A stretch of 64,000 nt of DNA from an uncultured Blastocatellaceae bacterium (GCA_964487505.1 CAZARD010000002.1:2527-66526); one strand, 5' to 3'; shown: positions 1-11,041, counted from the first letter of the stretch. Notes: a model not told the origin generated them from the sequence alone. Numbers and translations are program-made.

Positions 1-2
1 AA

Positions 3-629
3 CGAAACGCCGAGATCGTCTCACGTTTGAAAAAGAAATCGGCAGCGGCGAAAACATTGATGCGCCTTTCGGAGGGACATCTCGAGGTCTTTGATTTCTG
101 CGGCGAGTACCTTGATCTTGTCGATCGGGAATTGGTCAACGTTGCGACCGGTTCACCGAGGTTGGCGGCCTTTCGGCGCGGGAAAGAAGTTGCCGAAACG
201 ATCAGGCGCGACCACTTGCTTATCTGGGCCGAGATCGAATCGAAAAGGCTTACTAAAGAAGCCCAAAGCCGTGTTACAATTGCCGAAAAGATGGAAACGG
301 CGCAACGCGCCCTCGACGTGCTCGTCACTGCTCTCGGACATTATCCCGATGAAGTCGCGTTGAACGACTCCCGCGCCGCCGTCAATGAACTGCTTTGTTC
401 GATGCGCATCTCGCATTGGATCGAACAGGCGGAGCGTGCCGAATTCAAGGGAAATCACCGGCGTGCGATAAGTCATTACAAGGATGCGCTCTTCTTTATG
501 GCGCGTGAAAGCGGTCACATCCGCGATGCGGACGCTTTGGCCGAACGGATCAATGCAGAGATCGATAGAATAAACGGGTTGCCGAGAAAAAAGTCCCGCG
601 CAGCCGAACCCACAACCGACGATGATTAG
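3..629 (+). CDS. hypothetical protein, probably 5'-truncated by the window edge
   Basis: The ORF track gives 27..629 with a TTG start, but the frame stays open back to nt 3. The sequence is charged and helical, with no motif I recognise. Its stop overlaps the next ORF start by 8 nt. Confidence 0.45.
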   Translation, partial: RNAEIVSRLKKKSAAAKTLMRLSEGHLEVFDFCGEYLDLVDRELVNVATGSPRLAAFRRGKEVAETIRRDHLLIWAEIESKRLTKEAQSRVTIAEKMETAQRALDVLVTALGHYPDEVALNDSRAAVNELLCSMRISHWIEQAERAEFKGNHRRAISHYKDALFFMARESGHIRDADALAERINAEIDRINGLPRKKSRAAEPTTDDD

Positions 630-837
630 CCAAAGATGTCCTAAATGCTCAAGCAATCGGATCCGGCGGGGCTACCGCCCGACTCCGATCTGGTCGAAGA
701 TCCTTTTCCGTTACCACCTACTTTGCGACAACTGTAATTGGGAATTCAAGGGGTTTGCGGTCCCGGGAACCGTGACGGCAAAGCCGCGCCGCCGACCCAA
801 GGGCCCGAAGGAGGCGGAATCAACGGGCCGCAACTGA
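622..837 (+). CDS. small zinc-ribbon protein
   Basis: 71 aa with a CPKC...CDNC four-Cys ribbon and a basic tail. The ATG overlaps the upstream stop, suggesting translational coupling. Confidence 0.45.
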   Translation: MISQRCPKCSSNRIRRGYRPTPIWSKILFRYHLLCDNCNWEFKGFAVPGTVTAKPRRRPKGPKEAESTGRN

Positions 838-854
838 TCGGCGGATTTGATCTT

Positions 855-1829
855 ATGCGGATCCCGTTCGGATGGCCAATCGCCTGTCGTCTCGTGCTTC
901 TTGCGGCATTGATCGCTTTGCCGGGCTTTTGCGCGACGGCCCAGTCGCCGGTGACGTCTGACGCTCCCGATGAACTCGACCTTATCCATCCCGGCGACCT
1001 TTTCGAGATCGACGTCCTTGGTAGCATTGAATTCGATTGGCGGGGGCGCTTATCGCCGGAGGGCTTCGTCGTTGGATATGAAGGCAGCGCGGAAAGCATC
1101 TTCGCCCGTTGCCGTTCGGCCGAATATCTGGCCCGCACCTTCGAAAAGGCGCTTTCGACGGTTCTTCGGGAACCGAAGGTGAACGTCAGAATTCTCGACA
1201 CATCCGCGCGACCGGTTGCTGTCGTCTACGGAGCGGTTCGCGTTCCGCAGCGGTTTCAGATAAAACGGCCTGTGAACCTGAACGAATTGATCGTGCTTTC
1301 CGGAGGTTTTACCGATCAGCTCAGCGGCACCATCCAGGTCTTCCGTCCGAAAGATTCGGGTTGCGCGGCGCCGTTCGTTCCCGGGGCGGGCAACGAGTCG
1401 GGCTTTGCCGACATCAGTTTGTCGGGACTCCTGAAAGGCGATCCCGCGGCGAATGTCCGCATCTTTCCCGGAGATGTCGTGACGATCGGTGAGGCGGGGC
1501 CAGTGTTCGTCGTTGGAGGCGTGAACAACCCGAGGCCGCTGTCATTTCGCGAAGGTCTGACCTTGACGCGGGCGATCGCATCGGCCGGAGGACTGGCGAA
1601 GGATGCGCGGTCGAACGATGTAAGCATTTTTCGCAGGGGATCGGGCGCGCCGGTCACGGTCGATCTCGAGGCCGTCCGGCAGAGGAAGGCCGACGATCCG
1701 GTGCTTCAGAAGTTCGATATCGTTGATGTCGGACGCCGCGGTCGGGAGCGACGGCTCGCGCCGCTCAGCGAGACGTTGTCGGAGAATGGCTCCGATCTGT
1801 CGAGATTGCCGCTTCGGGTCATTGATTGA
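855..1829 (+). CDS. polysaccharide export protein (Wza-like, Poly_export + SLBB domains)
   Basis: I chose an internal ATG (Met40 of ORF 738..1829) that precedes a signal peptide, MRIPFGWPIACRLVLLAALIALPGFCATAQ. There is a PGD motif (IHPGDLFEIDVLG) and SLBB-like segments (IFPGDVVTIG, KFDIVDVG). Confidence 0.75.
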   Translation: MRIPFGWPIACRLVLLAALIALPGFCATAQSPVTSDAPDELDLIHPGDLFEIDVLGSIEFDWRGRLSPEGFVVGYEGSAESIFARCRSAEYLARTFEKALSTVLREPKVNVRILDTSARPVAVVYGAVRVPQRFQIKRPVNLNELIVLSGGFTDQLSGTIQVFRPKDSGCAAPFVPGAGNESGFADISLSGLLKGDPAANVRIFPGDVVTIGEAGPVFVVGGVNNPRPLSFREGLTLTRAIASAGGLAKDARSNDVSIFRRGSGAPVTVDLEAVRQRKADDPVLQKFDIVDVGRRGRERRLAPLSETLSENGSDLSRLPLRVID

Positions 1830-1925
1830 CGCGGGGATTTGTGAAAAAATTACGATTTTGCTTGGGTTGCTTTTCATTAAGCCGGTATCGGTTAAGGAGT
1901 CCTGAGGTTTCAGGAATTGTCAATT

Positions 1926-2126
1926 ATGGGAAAATCAAAGAAGTACAGCCGACGAACGGTCGCGCTCTTTTGGCTGCTGATCGTCGCGATCGTCATCGGG
2001 ACCCTGATCTATCTTGAACAGATCGCGGTCCTTTACGTGCTCGCAACATTCGCTCTCGTGGCGCTTTTACTGATCGTCGGGTTCGCCGATCTTGAAAGCA
2101 TTGGGCGGGACGACTCTGCCGCGTAA
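1926..2126 (+). CDS. small membrane protein
   Basis: ATG at Met4 of ORF 1917..2126. It has two hydrophobic helices (LFWLLIVAIVIGTLIYL, LYVLATFALVALLLIVGF). The stop lies 6 nt before the next gene. Confidence 0.45.
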   Translation: MGKSKKYSRRTVALFWLLIVAIVIGTLIYLEQIAVLYVLATFALVALLLIVGFADLESIGRDDSAA

Positions 2127-2132
2127 CGGTCT

Positions 2133-3428
2133 ATGAAGCGGTTCTCGCGCATTGTTGCCTCGCTGGTCTGCGTCGTCCTGTTGTCCGTTCTCGCGACGGC
2201 GGCGGAGTCTGCCGGCGCGAACGAACCGGGGCTCGATCGTTCATGGGCCAGGAGCCGGATACGGATCGACGCCTCCACGTCCCTTTTGCGCAATCCGGCT
2301 TCAATAAAGCCGGGCAGCGATGTGGCGGGCGCGTTGGAACGGAGTTTCGCGCAATGGACGCGTGTCACTGGGATCGAGTTCGTGATCGAATGGACGGACC
2401 GCCAATCGATAAGCCCGGCCGGGCGGTCCGGCGACGGCGTCAACCTCATCACGATCGCGCCGACGGCGGAAAATTTGGTCGCGCTCTCTTCTTCTGAAGA
2501 TGAGGAAGGGATCACCGCGAACACGCGCGTCTTTTTCGGCCGCAGGTCAGAGATTCTCGAGGCCGATATCCTGCTTAATCCGACACAACAGTTCTCTACC
2601 GACGGGTCCTTCGGCACTTTCGATCTGCAGTCGATCCTGACGCACGAGATCGGGCATCTGGTCGGTCTCGAGCATAGTCCTGTGATCGGCGCAACGATGT
2701 ACGAGCGCGATGCCCGGAACGGGATGTTCGGGCTGGACTCGTTCTCGAAAAGATCGCTTGCATCTTCGGATATCGCGGCTGCAAGATCGATCTATGCCAA
2801 CGGCCGGTCGGGAGCGATCGTCGGAAAGGTTCCCCTTCAAATGCGAAAGCGCGAAACCGCAGTCTGGGCCGAGGATTCCTCGAGCGGGCGCGTGATCGCC
2901 GGAGTCTTTTCCGACGACACCGGAGCGTTCCGGCTCGGCGGTCTCGATCCCGGCGAATATCGGTTGTTTGCGCAAACCTACGGAGGGAAGGATCCGGTGT
3001 CCGCCGAAATCGGGACCGTTTCCGTCGGCGCCGGCAGAGAGTTCAGGATCGCGCGGCCGGACCTTTGGGGAGTTTCTTCCTTTCCGGCCGATTGCCTGGG
3101 TTTCGGCGGACAGTTCGGTGACCTTCCCATAGCGGTCAACCCCGGCGGTGTCTACAGCATCGGCATACGCGACAGCCACCCGTCCGTGAGCCCCCGGTAT
3201 GCGCGGTCCGGAGCTACTATGATGGTGTTCTCTCCGGAAGGCGCAAAAGGGCATCGGCTCGGGCCGGACCTCACGATTTCCGACGCCACGTTCCGCGTTG
3301 ACGAATTCGCAGCCGACGGTGAATATTCCGTGGCGGTCGGGTCAGACGATTCGGGTGTCAAATATTTCATTGGAATTCTGATCGTCGGCGAGGTAAACAA
3401 CCCGTGGATGGTCGCAGATTTGAAATAA
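2133..3428 (+). CDS. secreted matrixin-like (metzincin, M10) zinc metalloprotease with C-terminal beta-sandwich domain
   Basis: Signal peptide present. HEIGHLVGLEH fits the HExxHxxGxxH zinc site, followed by a Met-turn candidate ATMY. A CarboxypepD_reg-like segment (GAFRLGGLDPGEYRLFAQ) follows. Confidence 0.8.
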   Translation: MKRFSRIVASLVCVVLLSVLATAAESAGANEPGLDRSWARSRIRIDASTSLLRNPASIKPGSDVAGALERSFAQWTRVTGIEFVIEWTDRQSISPAGRSGDGVNLITIAPTAENLVALSSSEDEEGITANTRVFFGRRSEILEADILLNPTQQFSTDGSFGTFDLQSILTHEIGHLVGLEHSPVIGATMYERDARNGMFGLDSFSKRSLASSDIAAARSIYANGRSGAIVGKVPLQMRKRETAVWAEDSSSGRVIAGVFSDDTGAFRLGGLDPGEYRLFAQTYGGKDPVSAEIGTVSVGAGREFRIARPDLWGVSSFPADCLGFGGQFGDLPIAVNPGGVYSIGIRDSHPSVSPRYARSGATMMVFSPEGAKGHRLGPDLTISDATFRVDEFAADGEYSVAVGSDDSGVKYFIGILIVGEVNNPWMVADLK

Positions 3429-3445
3429 CTTTTCGGGCCTGTTGG

Positions 3446-3474
3446 TTGCAAAAACAGACAAGTCGTGTCATATT
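3446..3474 (+). promoter_or_regulatory. sigma70-like promoter candidate (TTGCAA-N17-CATATT)
   Basis: -35 TTGCAA at 3446-3451, a 17-nt spacer, and -10 CATATT at 3469-3474, in the gap after the metalloprotease stop. Confidence 0.35.
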
Positions 3475-3480
3475 GGGAAT

Positions 3481-3571
3481 GCTCGCCTCCCCGGTGAGCA
3501 TTGGTCACGAGGGGTGAGGACTTGTGACCTAGGGGCGATGGTGTGGGAGACATCGCCCTGTTTTATTTTTG
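3481..3571 (+). ncRNA. candidate ~90-nt structured small RNA (or structured 3' UTR of the metalloprotease gene)
   Basis: Three consecutive hairpins: AATGCTC/GAGCATT (3478-3502), GGTCAC/GTGACC (3503-3529), and the terminator hairpin. Loop 1 carries CCUCCCC and loop 2 carries GGGGUGAGG. Confidence 0.3.
3532..3571 (+). terminator. rho-independent terminator
   Basis: 8-bp GC stem GGGCGATG/CATCGCCC (3533-3540 / 3551-3558) with a 10-nt loop, followed by GTTTTATTTTT. Confidence 0.7.
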
Positions 3572-3659
3572 GACAAACGTGATCCGGGTCGACTTGCCGC
3601 CTGCGAGCCGATCCGGCCATTCCGGCCGAATCCGAACAGCCCATAAATATGAACCTGAA

Positions 3660-3847
3660 TTGCGCCCAACAATCGCCATCCCGGATTCTTGATGAGTTTC
3701 GAAATGCTTGACATTGCGCCCTTTGCGTTCTTTGCGTGGGACAATGCCTGTTTGGCGAGGGCCTGTCGATTTCTCGCGCAAGGCCCGCCACGATCGCGAC
3801 TGCGAGAGTTATCAACATTAGCCCCATTGCGTAATCCCGGATGAATG
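3660..3847. repeat. dispersed hairpin repeat, copy 1 (diverged)
   Basis: Aligns without gaps over about 177 nt (3671-3847) to 30841-31017. Shared blocks include CCATC-CGGATTCTTGA, CCTTTGCG-TCTTTGCGTGGGA-AATGCCT-TTTGGCGAG, CTCGCGCAA and GCGTAATCCCGGATGAATG. Confidence 0.8.
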
Positions 3848-3875
3848 CATTTTGCCGGGTGATCTGGCCCAATGC

Positions 3876-3903
3876 TTGACCTGCTTCCAATTTACCGTAG
3901 AAT
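3876..3903 (+). promoter_or_regulatory. sigma70-like promoter candidate for the transporter gene (TTGACC-N16-TAGAAT)
   Basis: -35 at 3876-3881 and -10 at 3898-3903, about 100 nt upstream of the ATG at 4004. Confidence 0.45.
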
Positions 3904-4003
3904 CTCTCTTGTTCCCGTCAGTTCATGGGGTTTGTGATCGACCGCCCCTTAAGCGTTTCAAAGATTTCCCCGGAGCGATCCGGTCATTTTTTTCGAACAA
4001 GTT

Positions 4004-6004
<2,001 letters not shown>

Positions 6005-6084
6005 GATGCGTCGAGTTCGACCAGCGCGCCAAAATGCCCGAAGGCGGCGGCGGGTTAGCAAGGTTCCCGGCTGCTGAAAGAGGT

Positions 6085-6468
6085 CTATTCGCCGGCGTTC
6101 AGGATTCCGGGATTCTGTTCAAGAAAACAGCTTCGGCAAAGTACAGGGCGGCCCTGCGAAGGATAAAAGGGAACGGTAGTATAGGCGTTACAACGCGCGC
6201 AATGCACCGCGACCTCGATACGTTGTTTGATTCCGGCATTTTGAGCGGCGGTTATCGCGGCAAGCCTTTCATTCTTGGCTTTCTTGCAGCTCTTGCAGCG
6301 TTTCGGCGGGTTCTTGAGGTTCTTGTCGCGAAAGAACTGTTGTTCACCGGCGGTCCAGACAAAATCCTGGCCGCAGTCGATACAATGAATCTCTGTGTCC
6401 TTTGGTTCCGGCGGTTCGACGGATTCGGCCCCTTCGGCAGAATTTTCCGGATTTACTTGCGGCGACAT
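6085..6468 (-). CDS. zinc-ribbon domain protein (probable zinc-ribbon family, two CxxC...CxxC units)
   Basis: Contains CIDCGQDFVWTAGEQQFFRDKNLKNPPKRCKSCKK and CARCNAYTTVPFYPSQGRPVLCRSC. I chose the ATG at 6468 because the SD-like GGGAGGG lies just upstream; the track's GVT-type start at 6486 would lack an SD. Confidence 0.7.
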   Translation of the reverse strand: MSPQVNPENSAEGAESVEPPEPKDTEIHCIDCGQDFVWTAGEQQFFRDKNLKNPPKRCKSCKKAKNERLAAITAAQNAGIKQRIEVAVHCARCNAYTTVPFYPSQGRPVLCRSCFLEQNPGILNAGE

Positions 6469-6661
6469 TTTCCCTCCCTGATACACTAACGGCCATTCAT
6501 CCGTCCGCGACTGATCCGATCTTGAGGAACGCGAAAGCTGACTGCAGCGACGGTTTGATTTAGCAAAATGAATGAGTCAAACTTATTCAATTTGAAAAGA
6601 CCGAACGACCCTTTGATGAAATTATAACTTATGCAATTCACTGTCAAGTGACAGAAAAGTG

Positions 6662-7942
6662 ATGCGAAAACAGAAAATCCTGGTAATTGGATCGGGCGGT
6701 CGCGAGCACGCGATCTGCCGCGCGTTCGCGGCCGGCGAAAGGGTGGGAAAGATCTTCTGCGCGGACGGTAATGCCGGCATCGGCGCGTTTGCGGAATGTA
6801 TCGATATCAAGCCCTCCGACATTGACGGACTTTTGGACTTTGCGCTGCGGAACGCGGTCGATGTTACGTTCGCGGGCGGCGAGACCTCGCTCGCGTTGGG
6901 CGTTGCCGATCGTTTCCGGGATGCCGGGCTTATGCTCATAGGCGTCACTCAGAACGCGGCCAGACTGGAATCGTCAAAATCGTTCGCAAAGGATTTCATG
7001 CGCCGCCACTCGATCCCGACGGCCGCCTACAAGGCCGTCCGATCGACCGATGAGGCGCGACTCGCGCTCGAATCGGGGGAATTCGGCGGTCCCGACGATC
7101 CCGTCGTCGTCAAAGCCGACGGGCTCGCGGCCGGAAAGGGTGTCGTCGTCGCGACGAACCGTTCCGAAGCGCTCGCGGCCATTGATGGCCTCGGAGCGCT
7201 AGCTGGCGCTCAGGCGACCGAGATCATCGTCCTTGAGGAATGCCTTTTTGGCCGGGAAGTTTCGCTTCTTGCGTTCTGTGACGGCGCCTCCCATAAACTG
7301 ATGCCCCCGGTCCGGGACCACAAGCGGATCGGCGACGGAGACCGCGGGCCGAACACCGGTGGGATGGGAACCGTCGCGGATCCGGCTCTGATCGACGACA
7401 CGGATCTCGGTTTCATCGAACAGAACATCGTCGCCCCGACGCTCAAGGGCTGTGCTGAGGAGGGCTTTCCGTTTTCCGGGATCCTGTTCGTCGGTCTGAT
7501 GATGACCGCGGACGGACCAAAAGTTCTTGAATACAACGCCCGATTCGGCGATCCGGAGACGCAGGTCATCCTGCCTTTGCTTCGGACGGACTTTTTAGAT
7601 GTCTGCGAAGCAATTGCCGAACGGCGTCTGGCCGGGACCGAGATCGAATGGAGCGATGACCGCGCGGCGTGTGTCGTGCTCGCGGCGCGCGGGTATCCGG
7701 GCGACCCGCAGCGGGGCGATATCATTTACGGGCTCGATCTCGCCGCCCGGCACCCGAACACATTCGTCTACCACGCCGGAACGAAACGCGACGCCCGCGG
7801 GCATTTCATAACGAACGGAGGCCGCGTTCTCGGGGTCTCAGCGACGGGGGGCGGCCTTGCGGAAGCACTCGATCAGGCGTATCTTGCCGTAAACGACATT
7901 TCGTGGAACGGAATGCAATTCCGGCACGACATCGGGCGCTGA
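6662..7942 (+). CDS. purD: phosphoribosylamine--glycine ligase
   Basis: Full-length PurD pattern: KILVIGSGGREHAI at the N-terminus, an ATP-grasp core, and the RFGDPE motif. Confidence 0.95.
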   Translation: MRKQKILVIGSGGREHAICRAFAAGERVGKIFCADGNAGIGAFAECIDIKPSDIDGLLDFALRNAVDVTFAGGETSLALGVADRFRDAGLMLIGVTQNAARLESSKSFAKDFMRRHSIPTAAYKAVRSTDEARLALESGEFGGPDDPVVVKADGLAAGKGVVVATNRSEALAAIDGLGALAGAQATEIIVLEECLFGREVSLLAFCDGASHKLMPPVRDHKRIGDGDRGPNTGGMGTVADPALIDDTDLGFIEQNIVAPTLKGCAEEGFPFSGILFVGLMMTADGPKVLEYNARFGDPETQVILPLLRTDFLDVCEAIAERRLAGTEIEWSDDRAACVVLAARGYPGDPQRGDIIYGLDLAARHPNTFVYHAGTKRDARGHFITNGGRVLGVSATGGGLAEALDQAYLAVNDISWNGMQFRHDIGR

Positions 7943-8644
7943 ATGGAAAAACGCCGGTACAAATACTATGACCTGATCATGGCTGCCTTCGTGGCGGTTC
8001 TTCTCTGTTCGAACCTCATCGGGGTGCACAAGGTCTCGTCCATCGAGATCCCGTTCTATGGGACGTACATTTACGGCGCCGGCGTGCTGTTTTTTCCGAT
8101 CAGCTATCTCTTCGGCGATATTCTGACCGAGGTTTACGGTTATGCCCGTTCGCGGAAGGTCATCTGGGCCGGTTTCGGAGCGCTGATCTTCGCATCGCTG
8201 ATGGCGTTCGTTGTGACGTGGCTTCCGGCCGCTTCGACCATGGATCCGGAGAAACAGAAGGCGATCGAGATGATCTTCGGACAAACGCCACGGATCGTGC
8301 TCGCCTCGCTCACGGCTTTCTGGATGGGAGAATTCGTCAATTCTTTCGTGCTCGCCAAGATAAAGCTCTGGATGTCGGGGCGTCTGCTTTTCATCCGGAC
8401 GATCGCCTCGACGATCGCGGGCGAGATCGCCGATTCGCTCGTATTTTACCCGATCGCGTTCTACGGTATCTGGTCGAACGAGCAGCTGATCAGCGTGATG
8501 ATCGGCAATTACTTCATCAAGGTGATGTGGGAGGTCTTCGCGACCCCGTTCACCTATCTGATCGTTGGTTTTCTCAAAAGGGCCGAGCACGAGGATTATT
8601 ACGACCGCGACACGGATTTCAATCCGTTCAGTCTCGATGCCTGA
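7943..8644 (+). CDS. yhhQ: queuosine precursor transporter (YhhQ/Vut, DUF165)
   Basis: Family signature YGAGVLFFPISYLFGDILTEVYGY and 6 TM helices. It starts directly after the purD stop. Confidence 0.85.
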   Translation: MEKRRYKYYDLIMAAFVAVLLCSNLIGVHKVSSIEIPFYGTYIYGAGVLFFPISYLFGDILTEVYGYARSRKVIWAGFGALIFASLMAFVVTWLPAASTMDPEKQKAIEMIFGQTPRIVLASLTAFWMGEFVNSFVLAKIKLWMSGRLLFIRTIASTIAGEIADSLVFYPIAFYGIWSNEQLISVMIGNYFIKVMWEVFATPFTYLIVGFLKRAEHEDYYDRDTDFNPFSLDA

Positions 8645-8707
8645 TCCCGCCCGCGTTTTCACTGATCCCGTCGCCCTCAGCGCGGCGTTCCGTCACGTTA
8701 CAGACAT

Positions 8708-10987
8708 ATGAAGCTTCAGATCTCAACACCTATCGTCTCACTCGGGGAATTTCCGTTCGTCGAGATCTCGAGCGGGCACGCCACGAAACTGGCTTCGGCG
8801 GTCGCTCAGATCGCGTACAAGACGGAGATCGGCGACGCGACCGTCGGCGATCTGCTTTCGTATTTTCCGGCCCGTTACGAAGACCGCTCGAATTTCATCG
8901 GGATCGATCAACTTTCGCCGAACCTTGAGGCCTCGGTCGAGCTCTTTGTGCGGGTCTCGGGAGGTTACCGTGTCGGCCGCAACCGGTCGCCGAAGGCGCC
9001 TCCGCTCTTCATTTTTGAGGTCAACGCCGCCGATGCGGAACGGCGTATGAAGCCGGTCGTCGTCTCGTGGTTCGTTTCGGGGCGATCTGCCCCGCGGGTC
9101 ATCGAATATTACCAGCGCCGGTTCGCGATGGGCGTACGCTTCGTTGCTTTTGGGAAATGGGAATGGGACAGTCGGCGCGGAACGCTCGTGCTCCGCGTCA
9201 ACAAGCCTGACGATCTCGAGATCCTGCCTCCGATCGGGGAACAGGATAAACCAGAGGGCGCATCGCCGGGCGACTCGGACGTCTCGCTGGACGACGACGT
9301 CGGGAATCCCCGCCTGACAATGGTGCACACCGGCCGTATCGTCCCCGTTTACAGAAAACTTGGCCCGTTTCAGACAAAGCGCCTCCGGGAAATAATGTAC
9401 TGCGTGACCACGAACCTCGATCCGGCCTCGGTCGTGGATCCGCTGCCGGAAGAGAATCGGATCCGGCGCGTTCTCGTAGCTCGTTCGGAAGCGATCGCGA
9501 GGATCCATTTTCCTTCCGACGACGACCGGGCGTCCGATTACCAGCGGTTCCGGTCGGCCGCGCAGCGACGGTTCATTTATGACGAGTTCCTTTGGCTGAG
9601 CTGCGCGCTCGAGATCCGCAAGAAGCTGCGGATCGAGGACGAAAAGGCGTGCCGTTTCGATATCGGCCCGGAATTCATAGCGCGGGCCGAAAAACTGGCA
9701 CCGTTCGAACTGACCCGAGCGCAGAAGCGCGTCCTCGCGACCGTGTTCGGCGAGATGGGCTCGACGCGGCCCATGAACCGACTGATCCAGGGGGACGTCG
9801 GGAGCGGGAAGACGATAGTCGCTTTCCTCGCGATGTTCGCGGCGGTCGGGAACGGCTACCAGGCGGCTTTGATGGCGCCGACCGAGATCCTGGCGGAGCA
9901 GCATTTCCGGAACGCGACCGCGTTGTTCCGCGATCAACAGATCGAGATCGCACTTCTCACGGGAAGCCTCAAGGCCGCCGAAAAGCGCGCGGTCCGGGCC
10001 CGGATAGCCGACGGTTCGGCCCGGATCGTTATCGGTACGCACGCCATCATCCAGGACGGGGTCAATTTCGCGCGGCTGGGGCTTGCGGTGATCGACGAAC
10101 AACACCGCTTCGGCGTTCTTCAACGTGCCGAGATCCGCGCGCGCGGACTCAACCCTGACATTCTGGTCATGACCGCGACGCCGATCCCCAGATCGCTGGC
10201 GATGACGGTCTACGGCGAGCTCGACGTCTCCATCATCAACGAGATGCCGCCCGGCCGCACGGCGGTCAAGACGGTGGTCGTCGGCGAGGACCAGCGAAAC
10301 GGGGTCTATCGGGGAATGCGGCGTGAGATCGACGCCGGGCATCAGGTCTATGTCGTCTATCCGTTGGTCGAGGAATCGGAACGCTCCGACCTGAAGGCGG
10401 CGACGAAGATGTTCGAGGAGCTTCGCGACCGTGTATTCCCGGAGATACGCGTCGGATTGCTTCACGGCCGGATGAAACCGTCGGAAAAAGAATCGGTGAT
10501 GCGCGATTTCGTTGCCGGAACGATCAAGATCCTGGTCTCGACGACCGTCATCGAGGTCGGCGTCGATGTCCCGAACGCGAGCCTGATGGTCATCGAGCAC
10601 GCCGAGCGCTTCGGGCTCTCGCAGCTCCACCAGCTTCGAGGGCGCGTCGGGCGCGGCGCGAAACAGTCGTACTGCGTGCTGCTCGCCGACTACAAAAGGA
10701 CGGCGAACGCCAAGGAACGGCTCGCGATCATGGAGGAGACCGCCGACGGTTTCAAGATCGCAGACAAAGACCTGGAGATTCGCGGGCAGGGCGAAGTCCT
10801 GGGCACGCGCCAGGCGGGGATCAGGTTCTTGAAGATCGCCGATCTGTCGCGTGACCGGGCGATACTGGAAGACGCCCGCGAGGACGCGCGGGAGATCGTC
10901 GAGACGTCGGACCGGGCGCCCGGCGCGGCGCGCCTGCGCGACGCGATCGTCAATGATCCCCGATTTCAACTTGGAGGCATTCTCTGA
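8708..10987 (+). CDS. recG: ATP-dependent DNA helicase RecG
   Basis: Walker A GDVGSGKT, the DEQH box (VIDEQHRFG), motif VI QLHQLRGRVGRG, and an N-terminal wedge/OB region. Confidence 0.95.
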   Translation: MKLQISTPIVSLGEFPFVEISSGHATKLASAVAQIAYKTEIGDATVGDLLSYFPARYEDRSNFIGIDQLSPNLEASVELFVRVSGGYRVGRNRSPKAPPLFIFEVNAADAERRMKPVVVSWFVSGRSAPRVIEYYQRRFAMGVRFVAFGKWEWDSRRGTLVLRVNKPDDLEILPPIGEQDKPEGASPGDSDVSLDDDVGNPRLTMVHTGRIVPVYRKLGPFQTKRLREIMYCVTTNLDPASVVDPLPEENRIRRVLVARSEAIARIHFPSDDDRASDYQRFRSAAQRRFIYDEFLWLSCALEIRKKLRIEDEKACRFDIGPEFIARAEKLAPFELTRAQKRVLATVFGEMGSTRPMNRLIQGDVGSGKTIVAFLAMFAAVGNGYQAALMAPTEILAEQHFRNATALFRDQQIEIALLTGSLKAAEKRAVRARIADGSARIVIGTHAIIQDGVNFARLGLAVIDEQHRFGVLQRAEIRARGLNPDILVMTATPIPRSLAMTVYGELDVSIINEMPPGRTAVKTVVVGEDQRNGVYRGMRREIDAGHQVYVVYPLVEESERSDLKAATKMFEELRDRVFPEIRVGLLHGRMKPSEKESVMRDFVAGTIKILVSTTVIEVGVDVPNASLMVIEHAERFGLSQLHQLRGRVGRGAKQSYCVLLADYKRTANAKERLAIMEETADGFKIADKDLEIRGQGEVLGTRQAGIRFLKIADLSRDRAILEDAREDAREIVETSDRAPGAARLRDAIVNDPRFQLGGIL

Positions 10988-11013
10988 CGCGATCAAGTTT
11001 GTGAAGAAATTGG

Positions 11014-11041
11014 TTGAAAAAGAATTCATTTCTTGTAAAAT
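11014..11041 (+). promoter_or_regulatory. sigma70-like promoter candidate (TTGAAA-N16-TAAAAT) in an AT-rich gap
   Basis: -35 at 11014-11019 and -10 at 11036-11041. It lies in the only AT-rich stretch between recG and the rsmD-like gene. Confidence 0.4.

Noticed and set aside
738-854. Upstream extensions offered by the ORF track. These are 738..854 for the Wza-like gene, 32792..32989 for the phosphoesterase, 35119..35325 for the C70-like gene, 38165..38425 for the ABC gene and 37754..37831 for asnS.
   Set aside because: The extensions overlap neighbouring genes or intergenic regions and are Arg/Gly/Pro-rich with no homology signal. In each case an internal start immediately precedes a signal peptide or the conserved N-terminus, often with an RBS or an ATGA overlap.
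3468-3890. ORFs running through the dispersed repeat: 3468..3890, 3529..3744, 3563..3781, 30751..30978, and a 50-58 aa MIVAVAIFA... peptide in copies 2 and 3.
   Set aside because: By hand alignment, copies 2 and 3 differ at 11 codons of the MIVAVA frame and only 1 difference is synonymous. The alternative frame is likewise dominated by non-synonymous changes. The stops are not conserved. There is no sign of purifying selection on any frame.
6641-6654. The CTGTCA-ag-TGACAG palindrome directly upstream of purD as a PurR-type box.
   Set aside because: It does not match known PurR/PurBox consensus sequences and overlaps the expected RBS region. A single 6-bp inverted repeat is within chance expectation.
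8738-11029. Very long antisense ORFs covering whole genes. Examples are 8738..11029 opposite recG, 11318..12757, 12872..14380, 18082..19389, 19915..21264, 21206..23056, 23743..25158, 25531..26787, 27809..29038, 53572..55230 and 59634..60677.
   Set aside because: Each lies exactly opposite a gene with clear family motifs, in the frame where antisense stops correspond to the sense codons TTA/CTA/TCA. Those codons are rare in a GC3-rich genome. Their translations are Arg/Asp/Glu/Pro-rich low-information sequence with no motifs. They are shadow ORFs, not overlapping genes.
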